Shown here piece after piece: positions 7,620 to 14,042 of a DNA stretch of 40,321 nt. The notes below the pieces were generated by a model, which was given only the letters and a program-made list of their open reading frames with translations, was not told the DNA's origin and did no database searches. The position numbers and the translations under genes are program-made. The stretch is taken from positions 1 to 40,321 of the IMG/VR virus record IMGVR_UViG_3300024187_000005; one strand, written 5' to 3'. The DNA is from a virus. Each line of letters starts with the position of its first letter. Position 1 is the stretch's first letter.

Positions 7620-8164
7620 GGCAGCACGCATCCCATATAGGCCGCGTACCACTTGGCCTGCTCCACGGCATCCTCAAGCGCATGGTGCGGTGCCGCGTTC
7701 GCGGACTTCTCGATCTTCTCTGCGTCAGGGTTGCGCTCGCACGCCAGTCGCCACAGCGTCCGGCCGTCCATCGTCTTGGTCCACTTCCACGGCGGACGGA
7801 TGCCGAACGCCCGACACGCACGCTCGATCACCGGCAGATCGAAGCTCGTCGGATACGCCCAACACCATGCGTCGTCGCGACGCGCATACCACGCACAGAA
7901 CTGCGATAACTCGACCTCGGCCGGTGCCTGTACATCTGCGACCGCTAGCCGCGCCTCGGGCGACTGCTTGAGAAACCACACCAGCGCGCCCGCGTCGGGT
8001 TTCAGCCCCTTCGCAAGCTGGTCCGCGATGGACGGCACGCAGTAAAAACGATTCAGCGCCGCCCCGGTGTGCGGATCGAACTCGCACGCCCCGATACTCA
8101 AGACGATTTCGCCGCACGCCTCGATGTCTAGGCTGACGTGCTTTTCGTCACGCATTCCGCTCAT
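7616..8164 (-). CDS. DEDDh 3'-5' exonuclease (Rv2179c-like exoribonuclease-type domain)
   Basis: ATG at 8164 lies 6 nt after AGGAGG. Motifs VSLDIEACG (exo I), WAYPTSFDLPVI (exo II-like) and HHALEDAVEQA (exo III, H-x4-D). Confidence 0.8.
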   Translation of the reverse strand: MSGMRDEKHVSLDIEACGEIVLSIGACEFDPHTGAALNRFYCVPSIADQLAKGLKPDAGALVWFLKQSPEARLAVADVQAPAEVELSQFCAWYARRDDAWCWAYPTSFDLPVIERACRAFGIRPPWKWTKTMDGRTLWRLACERNPDAEKIEKSANAAPHHALEDAVEQAKWYAAYMGCVLP

Positions 8165-8200
8165 CTGCAACCTCCTATTTCGGGGCGACGGCCGGGACTA

Positions 8201-8389
8201 CTACTCGAACTGAATCGTGCAACGCCCCGCAGCCTTACCGTGCAGAATGTACGTGCCGATGATCACGGAGTCTCCGGGGGAAAGGTCAAAGTCGTCAACG
8301 CTCTGCGCCACTTCCAAGAATGCGTCGCCGCTGTCCTCGTTCCAACGAATCAGCAGGCGCTTAGGCAATTCCTTCTTCTTCACAGTCAT
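8201..8389 (-). CDS. Hypothetical 62-aa protein
   Basis: ATG at 8389 preceded by GGAGG. MTVKKKELPKRLLIRWNEDSGDAFLEVAQSVDDFDL... Confidence 0.7.
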   Translation of the reverse strand: MTVKKKELPKRLLIRWNEDSGDAFLEVAQSVDDFDLSPGDSVIIGTYILHGKAAGRCTIQFE

Positions 8390-8467
8390 TACGGACCTCC
8401 GTTCGATCTGAGCGGCCGGGCGCGTCCCCGTCCAGGTTCACGCCCGTACATGCGACGCTCTGACACA

Positions 8468-8662
8468 TCACTCAACTCCTCCGAACAGGTCCAGAGCCGC
8501 ACCGGGCTGTGGCGCGGGCGGCTCCGGATCCTTCTCGTACTCCGTGCGTATCAGATAACCCTGCTCGTCGCGCTCGCCCAGCGTATCGAAGTCGCATGCA
8601 AAGGACCGCATCCAGTCCTTGTGCGTGTGGCCGCGCCGCTTGCAGACGAGCGGGTAGCTCAC
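8468..8662 (-). CDS. Hypothetical 64-aa protein
   Basis: ATG at 8662 overlaps the upstream TGA (ATGA). MSYPLVCKRRGHTHKDWMRSFACDFDTLGERDEQGYLIRTEYEKD... Confidence 0.7.
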   Translation of the reverse strand: MSYPLVCKRRGHTHKDWMRSFACDFDTLGERDEQGYLIRTEYEKDPEPPAPQPGAALDLFGGVE

Positions 8663-9252
8663 GCGGCGACCCTGAACTTCTCGCGCATCGCCCGCGCGAG
8701 CTGAACCGTGAGCCGCACGTCCGCGAGAGCCTCATGCGACTCCACGACCGGCACGCCGAAATACTCGCAGAGCGTCGCGAGCTTGAGGTCTTTCGGCGGC
8801 ACGGCTCCGGTTTCGTCGAAGTACCACATCGCGCGCTGACACGTGCAGCGAACACGCGGATCGGCCGGCAGGAACACGTCGCATTCGCGGAACATCGTGA
8901 ACAGGCGCGGGCCGTCGAACGACGCCGCGTTGTGGCCGACGAGTTTGGCAACGGTGTATGGATTGCCGGTGCGCTTGCTCACCATCTCCAGCGACTTGAA
9001 GCGGTCTAGGAACGCGGCGAACCGCTTACACGCCTCCCACGGCACGGCGGCGTCCTTCCACGCCTCGGCGGTGTAGTGATTCATCGCGAGCGCGTCAGGG
9101 TCGGCGCGCCGCTCGTCAAACATGATCTTCATCTCGATCGACGAGATTTCGTGCCACGTATCCTCGTCCACGGCGACGGCGGCGAGCTGGATGTTGGGAT
9201 GGGTCGGCATCACGCCGCCCGTTTCGAGGTCGAAGTAGATGGCCGGCTTCAC
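8659..9252 (-). CDS. DnaQ-like DEDDh 3'-5' exonuclease
   Basis: Motifs IYFDLETGG (exo I), LVGHNAASFDGPRL (exo II) and SHEALADVRLTVQL (exo III). Confidence 0.85.
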   Translation of the reverse strand: MKPAIYFDLETGGVMPTHPNIQLAAVAVDEDTWHEISSIEMKIMFDERRADPDALAMNHYTAEAWKDAAVPWEACKRFAAFLDRFKSLEMVSKRTGNPYTVAKLVGHNAASFDGPRLFTMFRECDVFLPADPRVRCTCQRAMWYFDETGAVPPKDLKLATLCEYFGVPVVESHEALADVRLTVQLARAMREKFRVAA

Positions 9253-9758
9253 GGCTGCGCCGCCTCGCGCGTCTCACCGTCGCCATCGTCCTCGCTAGCC
9301 TCGGTGACTCCGAGTCCGCTTGGCTCCGTCGCGATGCCCTCGTCGTCGTGCAGGAACTGTTCGGCCAGCGTCGCGGAGCGTGCGCCCTGCTTGCGGATGC
9401 GAACGCACTTGACCATCTCGCCGAAGGCGTTGGTCTCGGTCACGAACAGGGTGATGACCTGACCCTTCCACGCCTTGGTGAGACTGCCGAACATCGCGTT
9501 CATCACCTTGCGATTCGTCGCGTTCAGCAGCAGCAGCCGCTCCTTGCCATTGAACTTGAGTCCGAGCGCGTTCTTCTTGGCGCGGCCGCCCTCGAATTCC
9601 AGGTTGCCGAATTTGAGCACCGCTTCGATCTGCACGTTGGCATCTTTGCCCTCGACCAAGTCCTCGTTCGTCAGCCACGTGGACTCGCGCGCGATCCCGC
9701 TCGGACCGTCGTATTCGACACCCTTCGGCGTCGCCCGCTGCGCTTCCTGTCGTCCCAT
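9249..9758 (-). CDS. Putative ssDNA-binding protein (acidic C-terminal tail)
   Basis: 169 aa ending ...GLGVTEASEDDGDGETREAAQP. Core LLLLNATNRKVMNAMFGSLTKAWKGQVITLFV...MVKCVRIRK resembles phage OB-fold SSB-like families (from memory). Sits next to the exonucleases. Confidence 0.5.
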   Translation of the reverse strand: MGRQEAQRATPKGVEYDGPSGIARESTWLTNEDLVEGKDANVQIEAVLKFGNLEFEGGRAKKNALGLKFNGKERLLLLNATNRKVMNAMFGSLTKAWKGQVITLFVTETNAFGEMVKCVRIRKQGARSATLAEQFLHDDEGIATEPSGLGVTEASEDDGDGETREAAQP

Positions 9759-10604
9759 CTACGCAACCTCCTGATCCGCTTCGGCCATCTCGGCCGCAAG
9801 CGCGTCGGTGATCGTTCCCTTGACGATGTCGGGGAAGGCTCCGGGCCACTTCCCGGACGACTCGCACTCGTCCAAGAGCGCGAAAAGTCGCTCGCATTCC
9901 ATGTCACCAGCGATCAGCGCGGCCTCGTCCATCGCGTAGCAGGCAACGTCGAACGGCTCGACGTTCTCCACCGCCACGATCAGCACGTGGTTGACCGTGC
10001 GCCCGAGCTGGCGCAGCCCCGCGCGGTACATCGCGAGCTGCCGGTAGTAGCCGAGCCGCGTGATGGCGAAGGGTGAGAAGTTCTTGAGCGAGCGCGTCGT
10101 CTTGAGGTCGGCCAGCACGCCCTCGCCCAACATGTCCGCACGCCCGCGGCAGGCACGTCCATCGCGGTCCCACCGGATCGTCAACTCGCGCTCGGGTGCC
10201 TTGTCGAGCAGCTTGGCCGCGTGCGGATTCCCGCGCACCGCCGCCGCCATCGCCCGCACTTGGAACGCCGTGTCGCCCTTGAGCACGATGCGCCCGGACG
10301 TTTCCATCTCGGCCACGGCTTCGCGGTACGCCTTGGTCGCGCGCGGCCGGGAGGAGTCGATCCCGTCCACGCACGGCTCGTCGCAGTAGGTCGCCTCGAA
10401 CAGGTCGGGCTCGAGCACTGCCATGTGCACCGCGGTGCCGAGCGCCATCGCGTCCGAGTCGGGACGCGTGCGCGAGTCCATCATGTAGCGGAAATAGAGC
10501 GGGGAAGTGGCGAGCCATCCCAACTCCGTCGAGCCGATTGCCGCCATGGAGAGATAGCGGTCCATCGGCACGTGCTTGTGCAGGCCAACGGGGAGCGTGC
10601 CCAT
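9759..10604 (-). CDS. PD-(D/E)XK family exonuclease (RecE/Cas4-like)
   Basis: ATG at 10604 preceded by GGAGGTG. Motifs GTAVHMAVLEPDLF, RADMLGEGVLADLKTT (D...D-x-K) and GYYRQLAMY. The upstream 357 nt of ORF 9759..10961 is Arg/Ser/Ala-rich shadow. Confidence 0.85.
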   Translation of the reverse strand: MGTLPVGLHKHVPMDRYLSMAAIGSTELGWLATSPLYFRYMMDSRTRPDSDAMALGTAVHMAVLEPDLFEATYCDEPCVDGIDSSRPRATKAYREAVAEMETSGRIVLKGDTAFQVRAMAAAVRGNPHAAKLLDKAPERELTIRWDRDGRACRGRADMLGEGVLADLKTTRSLKNFSPFAITRLGYYRQLAMYRAGLRQLGRTVNHVLIVAVENVEPFDVACYAMDEAALIAGDMECERLFALLDECESSGKWPGAFPDIVKGTITDALAAEMAEADQEVA

Positions 10605-10687
10605 CAGTCCCACCTCCACGCGATCGCGAGGATCACCCCCACAAACAGCAGCCAGTCGAGCAGGTGCAGCAGGCGCGCGCGGGTCAT
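10604..10687 (-). CDS. 27-aa hydrophobic micropeptide (not in the supplied ORF track)
   Basis: My own translation: ATG ACC CGC GCG CGC CTG CTG CAC CTG CTC GAC TGG CTG CTG TTT GTG GGG GTG ATC CTC GCG ATC GCG TGG AGG TGG GAC TGA = MTRARLLHLLDWLLFVGVILAIAWRWD. The ATG overlaps the upstream TGA (ATGA) and the TGA shares its A with the downstream ATG (TGATG). Confidence 0.5.
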   Translation of the reverse strand: MTRARLLHLLDWLLFVGVILAIAWRWD

Positions 10688-11061
10688 GGCTTTCTCCGCG
10701 CAAAACGCCGGCCGACCTTCTTAGCCCACTTCTCGCACATATCGAGATGCCCACGCTGGGCGTGTCCGCGCGTGTTGTAGCCTGCGAAGTCCATCTCGCA
10801 GCCAGCAATCTCCGGCATGCCACACAGGCATTCTGGCTCCGTGCATGGCTTGCCGGCCTTGAACACCATCGTCTCGTAGAGGCGCTCCAAGCCGATCGTG
10901 TGAGGCTTGCCGTCGTGATCGTGTGGCGGGTGATAGTCGCCGACCGTAGACACGAGCACATCGCCGACGAGCGTAGCGAGATGGAACCTGCAATCGCTGC
11001 CGACGATCAGGTGTCCGGCCGACCCAAACCAGCGCCATTCGTCCTTCGGGATCGCGCTCAC
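10684..11061 (-). CDS. Hypothetical 125-aa protein (His/Cys-rich)
   Basis: GTG at 11061 preceded by GGGGAGGTGG and overlapping the upstream TGA. VSAIPKDEWRWFGSAGHLIVGSDCRFHLATLVGD...CTEPECLCGMPE... Confidence 0.75.
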   Translation of the reverse strand: MSAIPKDEWRWFGSAGHLIVGSDCRFHLATLVGDVLVSTVGDYHPPHDHDGKPHTIGLERLYETMVFKAGKPCTEPECLCGMPEIAGCEMDFAGYNTRGHAQRGHLDMCEKWAKKVGRRFARRKP

Positions 11062-11369
11062 AGCCCCACCTCCCCGTGCGCGCGCGCCATCGCGGCCTGA
11101 TCGGCAGAGCACGCGGCGCACAGCGCACCTCCGTGCGCGGGCTCGCCGCAGTCGGGACAGGGCTCGTAGCGCACGAGGCGGATCGGCTCGCCCGGTCCAG
11201 CCGTGGGCGCCCACTTTTCGCCGCACGACGCGCAGACTACGTGGGCAGCATCCAGCGGATACCGGCACACGCCGCCGCAGTCGGGGCAGGCGTAGCGCAT
11301 GCGCGGCTCGCTCGGGATGTGGTCGAGGTACTTGCCGGAGGCGAGGTGATAGATGGTGATGGGGATCAT
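11058..11369 (-). CDS. Zinc-ribbon protein (103 aa)
   Basis: Three CxxC-type pairs: CPDCGGVC, CASCGE, CPDCGE...CAAC. Confidence 0.75.
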   Translation of the reverse strand: MIPITIYHLASGKYLDHIPSEPRMRYACPDCGGVCRYPLDAAHVVCASCGEKWAPTAGPGEPIRLVRYEPCPDCGEPAHGGALCAACSADQAAMARAHGEVGL

Positions 11370-11539
11370 GACTTTGCCTCCGTGTAAGTCTCGCGCTCGT
11401 GTGTGAGCCTTTTCACCTCGCGTTCGGCGTACTCTGCGTCAAACTGCGCGGCCTCCAGATTGCGGATCGCCTTCTCTAACTTCTTCTGCGCGAGGTATAG
11501 CCGCGAGTCGACCAACACGAGGCGCATGCGTGCAATCAC
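11366..11539 (-). CDS. Small coiled-coil protein (57 aa)
   Basis: GTG at 11539 after GGAGGT, overlapping the upstream TGA (GTGA). LYLAQKKLEKAIRNLEAAQFDAEYAEREVKRLTHERE. Confidence 0.6.
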   Translation of the reverse strand: MIARMRLVLVDSRLYLAQKKLEKAIRNLEAAQFDAEYAEREVKRLTHERETYTEAKS

Positions 11540-11859
11540 GCCACACCTCCATGCCACTTCGCGTAATCGCGCGTGGCGTTCCGCAGCGCCGTGCGGCGAT
11601 TGGTTACGGTGCTCAGCGCCGCGTCGATCAGCATGTCGCGCGTCGGCCCGGCCGGCAGGCAGGAGATGCGCTCCGCGTACTCGACCGCGCATTCCAGCTT
11701 GGCAAGTGCGGACTCCCAATCCAGCTCACTCTGCACGCGCTGCGTGGCCTGCTGCGCCTTGTAGCGGGCGAGCCACGCGTGGTTGTCGCGCTCCTCGACT
11801 TCCTTGGATGGCAGCAGCAGCCGATACGCCTGCTCGTTGATCCCGTTCTCTTTGCTCAT
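11536..11859 (-). CDS. Hypothetical 107-aa protein, first gene after the early promoter
   Basis: ATG at 11859 preceded by GGGAGACAGGG. MSKENGINEQAYRLLLPSKEVEERDNHAWLARYKAQQ... Confidence 0.8.
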   Translation of the reverse strand: MSKENGINEQAYRLLLPSKEVEERDNHAWLARYKAQQATQRVQSELDWESALAKLECAVEYAERISCLPAGPTRDMLIDAALSTVTNRRTALRNATRDYAKWHGGVA

Positions 11860-11885
11860 CCCTGTCTCCCGCGTGAGTGGCCGGT

Positions 11886-11905
11886 TCGCGGCGTGATTGC
11901 CGCGA
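11886..11905. promoter_or_regulatory. 20-bp palindrome TCGCGGC-N6-GCCGCGA (operator or leader hairpin candidate)
   Basis: 7-bp perfect inverted arms at 11886..11892 and 11899..11905, just downstream of the predicted -10 of the leftward promoter. Confidence 0.4.
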
Positions 11906-11912
11906 CAGAGAC

Positions 11913-11941
11913 AGTATCGGCGCGTGTAGCCAGCCTGTCAA
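11913..11941 (-). promoter_or_regulatory. Sigma70-like promoter for the leftward early operon: TTGACA-N17-GATACT
   Basis: The minus strand reads TTGACA (11941..11936), 17 nt, GATACT (11918..11913). Lies in the 88-nt gap between the HTH gene stop (11948) and the ATG at 11859. Confidence 0.55.
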
Positions 11942-11947
11942 CAGGAA

Positions 11948-12163
11948 TTATTCGGTCACCCAGCGAACCACGGTCGACGGCAACACCCGGAAGGCCGCGG
12001 CCACAGGCATAAGCTGGGCCAAGGTTGGTGTCCGGACCCCACGCTCCCACCGGCCAATAGTTGTCCAGTGGATACCCGTCAGCTCGCCCATATCGCGCAA
12101 CGACCACTTCCGGCGCTCGCGGGCCTCCCGCAGTTTCTTGCGCATTCTTTGGGAATTTCGCAT
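11948..12163 (-). CDS. XRE-family helix-turn-helix regulator (Cro/CI-like)
   Basis: LREARERRKWSLRDMGELTGIHWTTIGRWERGVRTPTLAQLMPVAAAF is a typical HTH_3 pattern. Start placed at ATG 12163 (alternative 12145). No SD upstream of either. Confidence 0.85.
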   Translation of the reverse strand: MRNSQRMRKKLREARERRKWSLRDMGELTGIHWTTIGRWERGVRTPTLAQLMPVAAAFRVLPSTVVRWVTE

Positions 12164-12170
12164 GTCGGGG

Positions 12171-12179
12171 AGCCTAGCA
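12171..12179 (-). promoter_or_regulatory. Extended -10-like element TGcTAGGCT, 7 nt upstream of the HTH gene ATG (possible leaderless transcript)
   Basis: The minus strand reads TGC TAGGCT ccccgac ATG. No SD. No good -35. Confidence 0.3.
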
Positions 12180-12210
12180 CATTCGGGGGCGCTCCGGCTA
12201 CGATTCTCCC

Positions 12211-12239
12211 TTGACACGCCCCCACCTCGCGCCTAGGGT
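12211..12239 (+). promoter_or_regulatory. Sigma70-like rightward promoter: TTGACA-N17-TAGGGT
   Basis: TTGACA at 12211..12216, a 17-nt spacer, TAGGGT at 12234..12239. Located in the divergent intergenic region. Flanked by the inverted repeat GGGGGCG (12186..12192) / CGCCCCC (12217..12223). Confidence 0.55.
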
Positions 12240-12454
12240 GGTCGAGACGCACAAGGATGTGGGCACTCCGACCCACCTCCACAACCGAATAGCCGCTACC
12301 TATCCAGGTGCCACCTTACGCGAAGGTGTGTCGGGGCGCCCGGGCGGTAGCGGCGCCTGAACCCGCAGCCGGGGCTATGGCGCGTGGCCTTTACCGAGGA
12401 AGGCAGAACGTGCTATCCCCGGCGGCGGCCGGTCGCCATCAGCGGAGGGTGTTC

Positions 12455-12565
12455 ATGGATGGACTCGCCCAAGCCTTTGTCTGGCTCGACAGCCTGCCCG
12501 CCTGGGCGTGGCTCGCAGCCATCGTCGTCGCGGTAGGCGTCCTGTGCGTCAGGTGGCGGCGATGA
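12455..12565 (+). CDS. 36-aa membrane protein, translationally coupled to the methyltransferase
   Basis: ATG at 12455 after GGAGGG plus 5 nt. MDGLAQAFVWLDSLPAWAWLAAIVVAVGVLCVRWRR. Its TGA overlaps the methyltransferase ATG (ATGA). Confidence 0.65.
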   Translation: MDGLAQAFVWLDSLPAWAWLAAIVVAVGVLCVRWRR

Positions 12566-13350
12566 AGCCCTACTACCAGGACGACGCGGTCACGATCTAC
12601 CACGGGGACTGCTCCGAGGTCCTCGGCGACGCGTTGCCGAAGGCCGATCTTGTGTTCACGTCCCCGCCTTACAACCTCGGCACCACCACTGGCGGGGGGT
12701 TCCCTTCCATCGGGCACTACGCCCGCGGCGCCGCTCTGGCGGACCGCGGCGGTGCCGGCAAGTCGTGGGGCAAGTGGTCCGGTGGCTCGCTCGCGAACGG
12801 CTACGGAGTCCATTCGGACGCGATGCCTCAGTCCGACTACGAGGCGTGGCAGCGCGGCGTTCTCGCGCGACTCTGGGCCCAGCTATCGGACGTCGGGGCG
12901 ATCTTCTACAACCACAAGCCTCGCGTTCAGGCTGGAGAGGCGTGGTTGCCGCTGTGTCTGAATCCTGGCCTGCCTCTGCGTCAGATCGTCACGTGGGCGC
13001 GCGCTGGCGGCATGAACTACGCGCCAACGCATTACGTCCCGACCTACGAGTGGGTGCTGATCTTCGCGAAGGAGCGGTTTCGACTCAGAGACAAGTCGGC
13101 CTCGGGGCTCGGAGACGTGTGGCGCATTACTCAGGAGTCGCAGATCGACCACCCCGCGCCATTCCCGTACGAGCTTGCTGCACGTGCTATCGCCACGACG
13201 ACCGCGGCCGAGGTCCTTGATCCCTTCATGGGCTCCGGCACCACGTTGGTCGCGGCCAAGAACCTCGGCCGTCGCGCCATCGGGATCGAGATCGAGGAAC
13301 GCTACTGCGAGATCGCCGCACGCCGGCTCGCGCAGGAGGTGCTGCTGTGA
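12562..13350 (+). CDS. Orphan beta-class DNA methyltransferase (N4-cytosine or N6-adenine)
   Basis: Motif IV DLVFTSPPYNLG is near the N-terminus and motif I LDPFMGSGTTLVAA near the C-terminus. No adjacent restriction enzyme. Confidence 0.9.
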   Translation: MKPYYQDDAVTIYHGDCSEVLGDALPKADLVFTSPPYNLGTTTGGGFPSIGHYARGAALADRGGAGKSWGKWSGGSLANGYGVHSDAMPQSDYEAWQRGVLARLWAQLSDVGAIFYNHKPRVQAGEAWLPLCLNPGLPLRQIVTWARAGGMNYAPTHYVPTYEWVLIFAKERFRLRDKSASGLGDVWRITQESQIDHPAPFPYELAARAIATTTAAEVLDPFMGSGTTLVAAKNLGRRAIGIEIEERYCEIAARRLAQEVLL

Positions 13351-14042
13351 GCCGCCCGCCGTGGTTCCCGCTACACGTGGCCGACTACGACAACGCCACA
13401 GCCGAACTCACACTTGAGCAGGACGGGCTGTACTCACGGATGCTGCGGCGCGCGTGGTCCAGCTCGGACGACGGGGCGTCGCTTCCGGCTGACACCGTGA
13501 AGCTATGCCGCGTCCTAGGAATCGCCCGCCTGCCCAAGGGTGGCGCCGAGGTTATCGATCGATTCTGGAAGCGCGTTGGCGATCGCATCGTCAACCGTCG
13601 CCTCCTGGCCGAAGCCGATCGTGCCCACGAGCGGTCACGTAAGGCAGGCGAATCCGGGCGACGTTCAGCCGACGCTCGCAGGAAGATTCGCACCCTCGCC
13701 GAGTCAACGAACGTTGGAACGAACGTTGGAGCAATCGTACCAACGATCGTTGGAACGAACGTCCAACGAAGGCACCAACGCGAAGCCAACTACTCACAGG
13801 TACAAGAATCTACACCCCTCCCTCCCTCCACTCCCGAGCTAACTCCAGCCACGCGCGCGGGCGAGGCACCGGCGCAGTGCCAGGACGCCCCCACCGCCCC
13901 GGACCACCCCGGCGGGAGGGAGGGAGTCGCAGCAGGAACGACCCCCAACGGCAACGGCCCGGCCGTGCCGGTATCCGCCGCCGAGCGCGCTCGCCATGCG
14001 CTCGAATACGAACTCGCCAGGGCCAGGAGGGCCGTGTCGTGA
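13347..14042 (+). CDS. DUF1376 (YdaU-like) replication-associated protein
   Basis: GTG at 13347 (GTGA overlap). N-terminus PPWFPLHVADYDNATAELTLEQDGLYSRMLRRAW....LPAD matches the DUF1376 signature ([FW]P..(I/V).D(Y/W)...T..L(S/T)..E.G.Y.R(L/M)L). The middle holds the TNVGTNVG..VGTNV repeat, encoded by the iteron cluster. Confidence 0.8.
   Translation: MSRPPWFPLHVADYDNATAELTLEQDGLYSRMLRRAWSSSDDGASLPADTVKLCRVLGIARLPKGGAEVIDRFWKRVGDRIVNRRLLAEADRAHERSRKAGESGRRSADARRKIRTLAESTNVGTNVGAIVPTIVGTNVQRRHQREANYSQVQESTPLPPSTPELTPATRAGEAPAQCQDAPTAPDHPGGREGVAAGTTPNGNGPAVPVSAAERARHALEYELARARRAVS
13704..13790. repeat. Iteron/palindrome cluster (candidate replication origin) inside the DUF1376 gene
   Basis: CGTTGG at 13712, 13724 and 13748. 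CCAACG at 13740, 13763 and 13775. Tandem AACGAACGTTGG x2 (13706..13729). Perfect 14-bp palindrome CCAACGATCGTTGG (13740..13753). Confidence 0.55.

Noticed and set aside
9759-10961. Full 400-aa version of the PD-(D/E)XK exonuclease ORF
   Set aside because: The first 119 codons overlap two upstream coupled genes and look like shadow. The ATG at 10604 has a GGAGGTG SD and stop-start coupling.
12308-12454. Upstream extension of the small TM ORF (GTG 12308 or ATG 12377)
   Set aside because: There is no SD and the product is Arg/Ala-rich. The ATG at 12455 has GGAGGG at ideal spacing. The region is kept as a possible structured leader instead.
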